Shown here one piece after another: positions 27,501-35,819 of a stretch of 64,000 nucleotides of DNA (position 1 is the first letter of the stretch; each line of letters starts with the position of its first letter). The stretch is from a virus. The position numbers and the translations under genes were made by a program. Under the pieces are notes generated by a model. The model was not told the DNA's origin. It searched no databases and was given only the letters and a program-made list of their open reading frames with translations. Location: positions 4,722 through 68,721 of IMG/VR virus record IMGVR_UViG_3300045988_138952; one strand, given 5' to 3'.

Positions 27501-29431
27501 TCTATGACATTCTCATACCCGTCCAGTGATTGATAATATTCTCTGCGAGATTTCAATCTGTTAAGTTCTCTTTGAGCTTCATTTCTATTATTGGTCGCGC
27601 CGATTACAAGCCCTGCGCTTTTGACTTTTTCTCTTTCTTTTGATGCAGATAACACTTTTTGGATGGCTTGATATTCCCCTTCTAAAAGAAATTGTTCAAA
27701 TTTCATATTCTCAAAGAGAGAGGGATATATTTTTTGAAGGTTTAGATATGCCCTTCTTTGAGCATCAATCCCGTTTGTTTTATCGAATATTCGAGAAATA
27801 TATCCTTTAGCCTTACTTTCCTCTTCTTTAATCTTCTCTATGTTTTTTGAGAACTCAATATTTAGTTTTTTTGTTTTTTCAGCAACTGTTTCAACTTTTT
27901 CTTGGAATACAGTCAATGTTGTAACTATAGCGCCTAATGTGGTTATCCAAAATACCCACGGATTGACTTTCATTGCTGAGTTAAGTGCCCATTGTGCTAC
28001 TGCGGCTGCTTTGGTGACTTTGACTCCTTTGTTTAACCATGTATAATACGCTTGCATTTGACTGATTGCAAAAGAAGACTTTTGTGCTACATTTACAGCT
28101 ATCACAGCCGTTTTATAAGAGCCATAAATTCCTACAAGTCTACCAAGTATATCTGCGACAGCCTCCCAATGTTTCATTAAATCAGTAAGCAGCTCTAAAC
28201 TATCTGAAAGTACACCGCTATTGCCTTCCGCAATGTCAGCCATCATGACATCCCATGCGTCCTGCAAGTTGCTCCATTTGCCAGCAAGGCTTTCTGCAAG
28301 AGCTTCCTGCATGTTGTAGAATTTGCCGCCTTCATCGGTCAGCTCCCAAAGAACATCTTTCACCATGCCGAAGCTGACCTCTTTCCGGCTGATTTTATCG
28401 AATACGTCTCCGGCGGAAGTTACCACTCCCGTAAGCTTAGTAAACCGTTTCGCCAACTCGTCCACCAACGGAATACCAGCCTCGGTAAACTGCCTCAATT
28501 CCTGCCCACGGAGAAAAGCTGCACTGCGCACCTGCCCGTACGCCAATATGATACGTCCCATATCGACACCCACACCTGCGGAAATGTCGGCAAGTCGTTT
28601 GGTCGTATCGTAAAGCTCTTCATACGGAATGCTGTATGCGGAAAGTTGCTTGGTGTATGAAGCCAGTTCTTTAAACTGAAACGGAGAGACAACCGCTAAA
28701 TCCTTAATGCGGTTGAATATGGTTTCCGCCTTCATACTATCTCCAAGAATGGAGGTAAGGGCAATGTGTTGTTTCTGAAACTCTCCGCCAATAGTATATA
28801 ATCCCCTTACAAAACGCTCTATGGTGTATATGGAATACACATTGGCGATTTGATTTTTCAATTCCCTGGCTATCCGTGATTGAGAAGATAGAGCCGTGTT
28901 TTCCTTTGTCATGGCGGCATTGTGTGTGCCGGAAGCTCTTGCAGCCTGCATCCGAGCATTGGTGAGTCTTTGTTCGGCGAGCGCTGCCCTTTCTGCCATT
29001 TTTGCCTGAATATCAAGAATGCGTTGCTGTCTTACATCGCTCGCTGTTGTGTTATATTTATATCCAGCTTTTTGTAATGCCTGTTTGACGGCATCACTGA
29101 CTTTAGCCTTATCTACGACTATGTTTATTTTGTATTTTTTCTTATTTACAGCACTGGATATACTATCTCTAAGAGAAGCATCGTCTATTTTCAGTTTTGC
29201 TTTAACTTCGGAGGGAATGTTAATTTTATTGACCCCTACATTGACTTTGAATATCTTACTTTTAAGTGCATTGTCTATCGACTCTCTAATAATTTGTCTG
29301 TCTACCTTAACTCCCAATTTAGTGTTAAGTTTGACTTGCTTTTCAACGAGTTTCTTTTTTATCTGTTCATAATCCTGCTCCGTGCAGTCTTTCAAGTGAA
29401 CGCTAAAATTGAGTGAACCTAAGTCTGCCAT
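24584..29431 (-). CDS. tail tape measure protein (1615 aa)
   Basis: Size, extended coiled coils, and the TMP core ..AGVGVDMGRIILAYGQVRSAAFLRGQELRQFTEAGIPLVDELAKRF... It follows the chaperone pair. Confidence 0.9.
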   Translation of the reverse strand: MADLGSLNFSVHLKDCTEQDYEQIKKKLVEKQVKLNTKLGVKVDRQIIRESIDNALKSKIFKVNVGVNKINIPSEVKAKLKIDDASLRDSISSAVNKKKYKINIVVDKAKVSDAVKQALQKAGYKYNTTASDVRQQRILDIQAKMAERAALAEQRLTNARMQAARASGTHNAAMTKENTALSSQSRIARELKNQIANVYSIYTIERFVRGLYTIGGEFQKQHIALTSILGDSMKAETIFNRIKDLAVVSPFQFKELASYTKQLSAYSIPYEELYDTTKRLADISAGVGVDMGRIILAYGQVRSAAFLRGQELRQFTEAGIPLVDELAKRFTKLTGVVTSAGDVFDKISRKEVSFGMVKDVLWELTDEGGKFYNMQEALAESLAGKWSNLQDAWDVMMADIAEGNSGVLSDSLELLTDLMKHWEAVADILGRLVGIYGSYKTAVIAVNVAQKSSFAISQMQAYYTWLNKGVKVTKAAAVAQWALNSAMKVNPWVFWITTLGAIVTTLTVFQEKVETVAEKTKKLNIEFSKNIEKIKEEESKAKGYISRIFDKTNGIDAQRRAYLNLQKIYPSLFENMKFEQFLLEGEYQAIQKVLSASKEREKVKSAGLVIGATNNRNEAQRELNRLKSRREYYQSLDGYENVIESLDEDIKKQEEVLSQAQKTLNDALENYSTYKIKKDDKNSAWFKKATELYEKFGIERLKPDAEGGLQKYIENIIGANEDASSTLSEWTKKEGEWNEETRKSIDKAKLLKNATDEILKTFGRVTKETQNTKDPIAEQWEARTDLIDKAVSSYEKWRKIEGEEVASQRVKGISEFAPIFDKNGVNLDLKDPSKAYKYIQGQLDRSKEKQEDLYISLGVKIDKAGIDSAKKEVDNALKEIEKYVSQTGEKWDLYKKLFNASGNKSLSMNIAFGGEVSFKSVVDDLRNQLSKALENTGSKFSVTDVLAMKEDDVKKQFGEGVILKLYQSINEESKKMRSESLENLLGMIEDYKDYAQRIKDIERNLQKDLADIESQRGQLGEEATDRLIAQRKKKASEDAASTKFEQFKSSEDWAKTFDDLDRLSSATLSRLIKNLEEFKNTTGQSLKVNEFKELVNVLKKLRDESESRNPFKTLSDGIKEYAEATEKLKKAQKELGFIQDGGEVTTGVSETSHTETKKTDGGLSYQAKVVDKLTPKLKTLADAEKEVTDAQDEQNEASDKVQVGFGDIVDMANLLIGTLGDLGSAFDALGNDSMGDTLSAVQEVAGGLLNTAQSGATLFAGISSGNPMAIMQGATGVVSGITGIIGSIAKAHDKKLDKAIQRSQLEVKKLSNDYKNLQSVIERQLGAVTQSQSKEMIANLQKQQEEVQKQMKAEQDKKDSDASKIEDYKQQYIELGEQIKYFYEDLASEQFGIDLKGWSDQISEALVNAFANGEDAAKAFDDTVADIMRNVIKEMISLNVIKPAMNKLRDYLFGDKGIFTDSSAGGTNLTEQEATGLMQQLGSLRGTISDSKKIWDYLNAAAKKMGISLEETSASNTLSKGIQENITEETANILASYINGIRADVSVKRALLEKWGNEILPKYNVIAEQQLTQLRAIANNTLRSAQNTEANVALVQEVRDMLSIVIDRSGRKIKI

Positions 29432-29432
29432 G

Positions 29433-29693
29433 TTAATTATTGTTTTGCGCCTTTTTGATAGCGTTAATGCCGTTTACCATAAAATCATTGAGGGAAATTC
29501 TTTGTCCTTTCATTTCCTGCTCTTTTCTCTTTTCTTCCCACTTCCTTTTTAAATCTTCCATTTCTTTGGCTGTGTGCGTTTTTTGTTCTGTGTCTGCTTT
29601 GTCATACACTACAATCGGGGCGTCACACATAAAAAGTTCATATTGGGCGCATGTCAATACCCAGTCCATATGCCAGTTGGGGATATTAACCAT
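29433..29693 (-). CDS. tail assembly chaperone, distal (T-like) segment
   Basis: It lies between the G-like ORF and the tape measure. Its frame is the -1 frame of 29720..30196 and stays open upstream past that ORF's stop. Confidence 0.45.
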   Translation of the reverse strand: MVNIPNWHMDWVLTCAQYELFMCDAPIVVYDKADTEQKTHTAKEMEDLKRKWEEKRKEQEMKGQRISLNDFMVNGINAIKKAQNNN

Positions 29694-29719
29694 GCCCCAA
29701 AGAAGAATTAACGGTCGTG

Positions 29720-30196
29720 TCAGTTCCGGATGTTTTTCTCCGTTTGCAAATGCTGCTCCTGCCGAAGTTCTTGAAGGATACGTTCTGCTTCCTTTCTCGT
29801 CATCGTCATTATCGTGTCTCTCATTCCGGTCAGTAATGTGAAAGCATTCAAGTATTCCAGTCTTTGAGATTCCACTTTTTTTTTACCTATAAAAAGTATT
29901 CCGTACAATTCGTCATCTGTGTATTTTTTCCATAGCATACGCCAGTATATCCAATGGAAAAGTCTTATCTTCCACCAATTATTCAGAATAATGAGAGAGG
30001 CACATTTGGCAGTAACTTCATCCTCGCTTTTGCAGGAATGTAAGACATGGGTCAATTTTCGTATTGTTCCACGGTGCAGCCATTTTATGCCGAACTTTTT
30101 TCCTCTTATCGTAATATAATCTATGCTGTTCTCCAGCACGTCGTCGAGTGTTTTCTGCTCTGCTGTGGTAGGTTGATTTATTGTTTTATCGTTCAT
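29720..30196 (-). CDS. tail assembly chaperone (G-like)
   Basis: Assigned by position between the major tail protein and the tape measure. Confidence 0.5.
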   Translation of the reverse strand: MNDKTINQPTTAEQKTLDDVLENSIDYITIRGKKFGIKWLHRGTIRKLTHVLHSCKSEDEVTAKCASLIILNNWWKIRLFHWIYWRMLWKKYTDDELYGILFIGKKKVESQRLEYLNAFTLLTGMRDTIMTMTRKEAERILQELRQEQHLQTEKNIRN

Positions 30197-30259
30197 ATTG
30201 TGTTATTGTGATGTGTGAAAAAGGAGAAGGCGGCGGCAATAACGCACACCGCCATATTT

Positions 30260-30526
30260 TTAAATCAAAGAACCGTCCTGGGTAACTTCCACCGCACTGA
30301 ACTCATTGGCGGTGAATACGCTGACTGTAGCAGTTCTTTTTGCTCCGCTATTCTCGTCGACTTTGACCGTCACCACTTTCCCGCTAACCGAGGTTTTGCA
30401 CCATGTTTCCGTTGATGAAGCAGAGACAGAGCTTTCCTTGGTTGTTGCGGTAATGGTTTTCCCTGTATTATCTGCCGCGCTGGTAAAAGACAGGGACGCT
30501 GGAGCTACGGTCAGTCGGCTTTTTTT
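30260..30526 (-). CDS. -1 frame C-terminal extension of major tail protein: Ig-like / BACON-like domain (86 codons)
   Basis: From the A7 site the -1 frame reads SRLTVAPASLSFTSAADNTGKTITATTKESSVSASSTETWCKTSVSGKVVTVKVDENSGAKRTATVSVFTANEFSAVEVTQDGSLI*. It has no own start codon. Confidence 0.6.
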   Translation of the reverse strand, partial: KKSRLTVAPASLSFTSAADNTGKTITATTKESSVSASSTETWCKTSVSGKVVTVKVDENSGAKRTATVSVFTANEFSAVEVTQDGSLI

Positions 30527-31080
30527 GTCAAGAAAGCGATATTATCTTCGGAAGAGGAGCCGGACGAAGCACCATCTTCAAGTTCAATAGTTCCGCTAAG
30601 CGCAAAAGCGAATGGGGTAGTGGACGCATTCTCAAACAAGGGGCGTGCGTAAACGGCCATTCTTTTTACAAGCAGACATTTTTCTCCGTCGTCACTTATA
30701 AGCGCAAATCCTACGTTCAGTTTCTTGCTGTTTAGCACAGCAGAGAATCCCTTGAATTGCTGGTTGTTGATAGTCGCTTGCGCAATTTCAGTGGTTTTCC
30801 CAAGAAAATATTCTACCAATTCCTTGCTTACACTTGGAACGGTAGCAGCGAAAGTAATATCTCCTGCTGTACTGGTGACAGCCCAATCTGCTTGCAGACC
30901 GTGCACCTTTGTACGGTTTAATGTCGGTTCTGCTTGGGACAAGGAAAGGGTATCTACGGTAACGGGCAAATCAAAATCCGGAGTTACCGTGGCAAAATTT
31001 GCAATGCCACCCTTTACCAACATAATGGATGAAAGACCGCTAAATACATCTTTCAATTCCTGCTTTGTTTTCATTGCCAT
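30511..31080 (-). CDS. major tail protein (189 aa, zero-frame product)
   Basis: Its position immediately upstream of the chaperones and tape measure. Beta-rich sequence. Confidence 0.6.
   Translation of the reverse strand: MAMKTKQELKDVFSGLSSIMLVKGGIANFATVTPDFDLPVTVDTLSLSQAEPTLNRTKVHGLQADWAVTSTAGDITFAATVPSVSKELVEYFLGKTTEIAQATINNQQFKGFSAVLNSKKLNVGFALISDDGEKCLLVKRMAVYARPLFENASTTPFAFALSGTIELEDGASSGSSSEDNIAFLTKKAD
30520..30526 (-). promoter_or_regulatory. -1 slippery heptamer A AAA AAA
   Basis: Zero frame reads ACA AAA AAA GCC GAC TGA, so X XXY YYZ is in register, 2 codons before the stop. Confidence 0.6.
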
Positions 31081-31111
31081 AATAAATAGTTTTAATCGTT
31101 TTATTTTATGT

Positions 31112-31516
31112 TTACTTTATCACAAGGTCAGCCCTTATCAATGTTGCGCTGAACCCTAATCCGTCATTTCCTTTCAAGGTCAATTTGGGGTTTGAGGCAC
31201 TTATGAAATTGTCGCTGATGGGGAATAGGGAAAGAAAATCTCCTACAATAGTGTCCATTTGTTCCAAATCTTCCGCACCTCCCTTTTTCTGTCTGACATA
31301 CACTTCAATGGCGCAATAGGTACGGATATTTCCAAATCCGCTGCCATAGGTCATGGAAGACAACAAGCCGGGCAATGACACCACAATGAAATTATCCATT
31401 TGCTTAGGCACAGCAGCGGGACGGTCATTTGTGAACACATTCTCACTTACTGTCTTTGCTGCGTCAAACAATGATTTAAGCGCGTCTTTGTATTTAAAAT
31501 CCTGTTCGTACCCCAT
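31112..31516 (-). CDS. tail terminator / tail completion protein (by synteny)
   Basis: 134-aa ORF directly upstream of the major tail gene. Confidence 0.35.
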   Translation of the reverse strand: MGYEQDFKYKDALKSLFDAAKTVSENVFTNDRPAAVPKQMDNFIVVSLPGLLSSMTYGSGFGNIRTYCAIEVYVRQKKGGAEDLEQMDTIVGDFLSLFPISDNFISASNPKLTLKGNDGLGFSATLIRADLVIK

Positions 31517-31517
31517 A

Positions 31518-32060
31518 TCATTTCATTGGTTTAAAGGTCATTTTAGCAATGCTTTCCGCGTAATCAAATGTATCTGACAATACATTTAACCCCTTCTTTG
31601 ACTCCAAGTAGTTAGAATATTCCGTACCTGTACACATCACTAATCCTATGCCGTCACTTGGAGTTTTATATGCTTTGAGGAAATTTACAGAAGTGGTTAA
31701 ACCGTACTCCCCGTTGGTGTCAACCAAGTTGTATTTTTTTATGGGAATAAACTTACCACTTTCGTAACTTTGGACCATTATCACGCCAATACCGTCTCCT
31801 CTGCTAAGCTTGGGGCGGGTGGGATTTTTTAATCCTTGTGTCACGACGGCGGTAATTATACGAGATAACCCACCTCTATAATAAATTCCAACAGCTAATG
31901 AAGTTAGAGTATTTCCGGTTACATTATGGTACTTGGCTGATACTACTCCGTCTTGCAGAAGTCTGATTCCGATTTCTGTTATTCTATCCAGCAAATATTC
32001 ATCAATGATATTTCTCATCTTTTTTTTGCCTTCTTCCAAGACTTTAGCATTATCTCCCAT
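31518..32060 (-). CDS. head-tail joining protein, HK97 gp10-like (by synteny and weak motif)
   Basis: TGTEYSNYLE resembles the gp10-family motif (..YA.yvE.G..). Position in the connector block. Confidence 0.35.
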   Translation of the reverse strand: MGDNAKVLEEGKKKMRNIIDEYLLDRITEIGIRLLQDGVVSAKYHNVTGNTLTSLAVGIYYRGGLSRIITAVVTQGLKNPTRPKLSRGDGIGVIMVQSYESGKFIPIKKYNLVDTNGEYGLTTSVNFLKAYKTPSDGIGLVMCTGTEYSNYLESKKGLNVLSDTFDYAESIAKMTFKPMK

Positions 32061-32064
32061 TTCC

Positions 32065-32388
32065 CTAATTCTTAGCCAGATTGAAATACAGCGTTGTTCC
32101 CATTTCCGTAGGATAACAATCCGTTACTACGCATGATTCAAAACTTCCTCCGTAATCGGTAACATCCACAAGGTCTCCCGCAATGATACCCTTCACAAGT
32201 CCAGGAATGTCTATTGCATAATCACTCTTTATGACATTACTTTTTGTAAATGTCCTAAGACTTGTGCTTCCGTACTTGTTGCATTTCCCTACATACAATA
32301 CGGTCTCGTTCCCTTCGTCAAAAGATGTTTCTCCGGAAATACGATACACTTTGCATGTATGCGGAAAACGTGGATTATTTACTTTCAT
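32065..32388 (-). CDS. head closure / adaptor protein (by synteny)
   Basis: 107-aa ORF in the connector block. Its start overlaps the upstream stop. Confidence 0.3.
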   Translation of the reverse strand: MKVNNPRFPHTCKVYRISGETSFDEGNETVLYVGKCNKYGSTSLRTFTKSNVIKSDYAIDIPGLVKGIIAGDLVDVTDYGGSFESCVVTDCYPTEMGTTLYFNLAKN

Positions 32389-32786
32389 AGCGGATACCTT
32401 TTATTCATGTTCATACCCAAGTTGACAATTCTGACAGATGATTTACGGACGTTCTCTCCATACAATGCGTATATGTCATTTGCCATTTGCCGAAGGTTAC
32501 GTTTGTCATAGGCAGAGCTTTGTGTACCACCCTCCTTGTGCTTCCATACACCATTGGCATCCTCTACGCTTCCAGTTACGCTCGGTGTACTTGCGCACCA
32601 CATATAAAGGTCTGCCCGGCACAAGTCTTTCTGGCGTTTTTCCAACGTGCTGACATCCGTCCCCGGTGCAATTCCCCTGTCAATCAGTATGGTGGAAATA
32701 GCACTGTCCGTAACTTCAAAACCGACACAACCACGGAGATATTCCTCTATGGTAGTGCCAGTATTTGTATTTTGAGAATCCTTCAT
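32385..32786 (-). CDS. head-tail connector protein (by synteny)
   Basis: 133-aa ORF immediately after the major capsid gene. Confidence 0.35.
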   Translation of the reverse strand: MKDSQNTNTGTTIEEYLRGCVGFEVTDSAISTILIDRGIAPGTDVSTLEKRQKDLCRADLYMWCASTPSVTGSVEDANGVWKHKEGGTQSSAYDKRNLRQMANDIYALYGENVRKSSVRIVNLGMNMNKRYPL

Positions 32787-32788
32787 GG

Positions 32789-33994
32789 TTATTTACCTTT
32801 AATGTTCAAGTAGTAGAACCAGCGAACCTTATTAGGAACAACCAATCCGGTCACTTCTGATTTGATTACCTGCGTCATGGTTTCATCATTGAATACCTGA
32901 CGTATCAGAGTGCGGCCGCCGTCATACAATGCCGTACGGGCACCCGGTGTTTCCATGAAAATAGGACGTCCACATTGTACATCACCCAGGTCTTCATTTG
33001 GAACATATGCCAATACTCCCTCTTCAAAGCTTTGCAAATTCTTGTATTGTATAGCTTTGGAAGATTTGTCATATTTCTCCACTACGGATATTGAATCGAC
33101 AATTCTGATTTCAGCACCGATACGCGTTTCAATGAAAGTTTTGATTGTTTCATCGGGGACAAGATTAGCAAATGCCAACTGCATGCCTTTATCGGAAATA
33201 TCCGGGCGTGTCGCAACTGTGTACATTTGGCGGAAATACGGAAGGTTAATCAAATCCTCAAAGGTCGTCTTGGAGCATTCCCAGTGACCAGCAGGGGCAA
33301 AATCCTTTTCTTGGGAATCGCGTCTTACCTGCCTCATGACTTTTATCGGGTCTATTGTAGTACCCAAAGCTTCTTTCTGCACCGCTTCGCTTTCCGGCTT
33401 CTTATACCAGATAGAATCCTTGATATTCTTTTTAGGCACACCGAAATCTATAGTCAATGCAATGCCAAGCGGGTTGTTAGCTGCGTCAATGATTAGCTTA
33501 CCTTTGTTGGATACAACTTGATTTCGTTGGTATAGGAATGTATTGTAGTTACCACCAAGTAAGCTGTCCACTCCATTAAACAGAAGCTCCATTATTGTAG
33601 ACTCAATTTCCGGAGTGGTACTGCCGATGGCATCCATCAGCATCATTTTTTCTCTTAGGATTTTGCGGCTCAGTACAATCTCATGCTTGAAGGTTGGCAA
33701 TCCACCCATTTGCAGGGACATTCCGTCTGTAGATTTGGTTGCACCATCACTGTCAATATCCACATAGGTAGCCAGCGTGTATGCACGGACTGTTGCTTCT
33801 ATCTGCTCATATGTGGGATTCAGAGGAATATTAGGATTTAACGGGAAACCCATTTGGGAGAACGTTTGTTCCGCATTGTATTTTTCGGCAAACATGTCAT
33901 TAATCCATGCTTCCAGCGGTTTATTCCCAGTATATCCCAATGCTGCAAGACCTTTCCCTACAATGTCGTAAAATTCTTTGTTTCTTGTGTACAT
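32789..33994 (-). CDS. major capsid protein (401 aa; lambda gpE-like order)
   Basis: Size and position after the scaffold and decoration-like genes. Confidence 0.6.
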   Translation of the reverse strand: MYTRNKEFYDIVGKGLAALGYTGNKPLEAWINDMFAEKYNAEQTFSQMGFPLNPNIPLNPTYEQIEATVRAYTLATYVDIDSDGATKSTDGMSLQMGGLPTFKHEIVLSRKILREKMMLMDAIGSTTPEIESTIMELLFNGVDSLLGGNYNTFLYQRNQVVSNKGKLIIDAANNPLGIALTIDFGVPKKNIKDSIWYKKPESEAVQKEALGTTIDPIKVMRQVRRDSQEKDFAPAGHWECSKTTFEDLINLPYFRQMYTVATRPDISDKGMQLAFANLVPDETIKTFIETRIGAEIRIVDSISVVEKYDKSSKAIQYKNLQSFEEGVLAYVPNEDLGDVQCGRPIFMETPGARTALYDGGRTLIRQVFNDETMTQVIKSEVTGLVVPNKVRWFYYLNIKGK

Positions 33995-34009
33995 ATTATT
34001 CTCCTTTCT

Positions 34010-34729
34010 TTATTCGTCAGATTCACGCACAAATTCAATCATAGGCAGCTGTGCTTCTACCGATTTGGGAATGCCACCACCGAACACCCTGTCTGCGTAA
34101 ATTCTGCCTGCGCGTACAACTGCGCATGTTGCAAGGATACAGCCTTCAGGGATACATACGTCTTCAAATACAAGGCCGTTGACATCGGTTAGCTTTCCGC
34201 TGGCGGGAACTCCTTTGACAGTTTCCTCAATATCTCCCGTTACTCCGGTATTTCCTGGAATAAACATGTACGCGTAAAGTTGCGCAGCGGTTTTTTGTGT
34301 GAAAGTCACAGTAGCCCCACTACGTTTTACATCCCATTCTGCAAAAGAAGATTTTGCTCCTTCGATTTTGGTAGCTACCAGTTCTGGGGTACTTTCTGAT
34401 GCGCTTGTTACGGCAACCGAATAGCTTTTTCCGCCTAACACAATAGACAAATCCCCGTTTCCGGATGCCTTTTTAGTGATAGTAAGCGTCACTACTGCCT
34501 TTACATCAGTCACTCCATCTGCTGTAATTACCTCTACCTGTTTGCCTGCTCCATTGAATTTTACCATTGTGCCGGCATGTATAATATCACCAGGCTTTAA
34601 TCCCATTCCGGCGACATCAATCATACCACCACCCTGATATAATTCTCTTACTCTTGACCAAACAGGAAAATTTCCGCCAAATCCCGACTGGGATTGACTG
34701 ATAGTGTTGAAAGTTCCTAATTGTCTCAT
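34010..34729 (-). CDS. head decoration-like protein with inserted beta domain
   Basis: Its position between the scaffold and capsid genes. The termini (..GDIIHAGTMVKFNGAGKQVEV.. and ..CILATCAVVRAGRIYADRV) look like decoration-protein halves. Confidence 0.35.
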   Translation of the reverse strand: MRQLGTFNTISQSQSGFGGNFPVWSRVRELYQGGGMIDVAGMGLKPGDIIHAGTMVKFNGAGKQVEVITADGVTDVKAVVTLTITKKASGNGDLSIVLGGKSYSVAVTSASESTPELVATKIEGAKSSFAEWDVKRSGATVTFTQKTAAQLYAYMFIPGNTGVTGDIEETVKGVPASGKLTDVNGLVFEDVCIPEGCILATCAVVRAGRIYADRVFGGGIPKSVEAQLPMIEFVRESDE

Positions 34730-34750
34730 TCTTTGTCTGTTTTAATGTGT

Positions 34751-35413
34751 TTATTGTTTTCGAGGAAGTTTTCCTTGCGCTCTTAGCCGGTCTTTGAATG
34801 CTTCACGGCGGCTTTTTGCCTGTTCTTCTCCGGTTTCTGCATATTGGTTGATACTTGGGGAAGCGCCATTCCCGAAAATTGCCTTGTATCTTTTTTCATA
34901 ATTGCGTTTGGCGCAACTGACAATTTCTTCCACTTCCATATCTTTGGTAATTTTCACGTCAGATATGGCGATATTCAGGATTTCATCGTTACAGATATTT
35001 TTGCCCCCGTTTTCAATTTGAGATTTCAACAAGTCCATAGACTGGACTTTTAAGTCATTGATTGACGCGGCGTTTTTCTCCACCTCTCTCTCTTCCTTCA
35101 AAAGCAAAATCTCATTTTCCATTTCCTTTAGCTTGTCGGCAAGGACGTTATCTCCTGCTCCTTCTCCTGAGTCAGGAGAACTCTGTTGAGGTTTGTAGTT
35201 TTTCTTAAAACTCTCAACTTGTGTTGCGACATCGTGATTGTACTGCCCTTGCATTCCTTGAAGAAAAGATGTCGCCTTGCTATAATAAGCGTCATCAGGC
35301 TCCACCCCTTCTGCTACCGGATTCAATTCTATGTACTTCATTAATGTCTGTGACGAAAGACTGGTTTGTCCTAATCTGGTCGTCAGTTCGGATAAGATTT
35401 GTTCTTTCTCCAT
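34751..35413 (-). CDS. scaffolding protein
   Basis: Acidic, helical coiled-coil ORF. It is the first gene of the - strand head block. Confidence 0.5.
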   Translation of the reverse strand: MEKEQILSELTTRLGQTSLSSQTLMKYIELNPVAEGVEPDDAYYSKATSFLQGMQGQYNHDVATQVESFKKNYKPQQSSPDSGEGAGDNVLADKLKEMENEILLLKEEREVEKNAASINDLKVQSMDLLKSQIENGGKNICNDEILNIAISDVKITKDMEVEEIVSCAKRNYEKRYKAIFGNGASPSINQYAETGEEQAKSRREAFKDRLRAQGKLPRKQ

Positions 35414-35436
35414 CGTGTTTATTTAGTTTGTGTTAT

Positions 35437-35482
35437 AAAAAAAAAGAGCCTATCAGTGCTTTGTGCACTAATAAGCTCTTAG
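35437..35482 (-). terminator. intrinsic terminator upstream of scaffold gene (family shared with 18975..19024)
   Basis: Minus strand reads CAAGCCTAAGAGCTTATTAGTGCACAAAGCACTGATAGGCTCTTTTTTTTTAT. Confidence 0.7.
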
Positions 35483-35501
35483 GCTTGCATATGTAAAATT
35501 G

Positions 35502-35678
35502 CTATTCTTCTATTCTGACGCTGATAAAATTACGACATCTTCGGCATACAGTCCTAAACAATACGCTACCGTGTATTATTTTTACATCGGTCAACTTTTG
35601 CCCGCACACCGGACATGTTACAAAATTCCCTTTTTCGCTGGTCTGTTTTTCATCCAGCTTAGCGTCTATCTTTATCAT
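35502..35678 (-). CDS. Com-like zinc-ribbon protein (58 aa)
   Basis: My translation: MIKIDAKLDEKQTSEKGNFVTCPVCGQKLTDVKIIHGSVLFRTVCRRCRNFISVRIEE. The CxxC..CxxC spacing is like phage Mu Com. Confidence 0.5.
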   Translation of the reverse strand: MIKIDAKLDEKQTSEKGNFVTCPVCGQKLTDVKIIHGSVLFRTVCRRCRNFISVRIEE

Positions 35679-35697
35679 ATCACATGATTTAGTATTG

Positions 35698-35705
35698 CAA
35701 ATATA
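35698..35705 (-). promoter_or_regulatory. -7 box TATATTTG (minus strand)
   Basis: + strand caaatata, 20 nt upstream of the Com-like ATG. Confidence 0.5.
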
Positions 35706-35779
35706 TAGTATATTTTCTAAAATACAATGCTTTATATGTATTTTTATATGAGAAATATTAGAAAATTTATAATAAATCG

Positions 35780-35787
35780 TATATTTG
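35780..35787 (+). promoter_or_regulatory. -7 box TATATTTG (plus strand), packaging operon promoter
   Basis: tatatttg lies upstream of terL. Confidence 0.5.
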
Positions 35788-35819
35788 CATTATATATAAC
35801 TCATAGAGCTGTGATTCAA

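Noticed and set aside
24584-29431. Many 60-150-aa + strand ORFs in the track antisense to the tape measure gene (e.g. 25367..25690, 26472..26915, 29019..29372). Similar antisense ORFs overlap the tail-tip, capsid, fibre and primase genes.
   Set aside because: They lie wholly inside long, well-supported ORFs on the other strand and have Ser/Leu/Phe-rich compositions typical of antisense frames.
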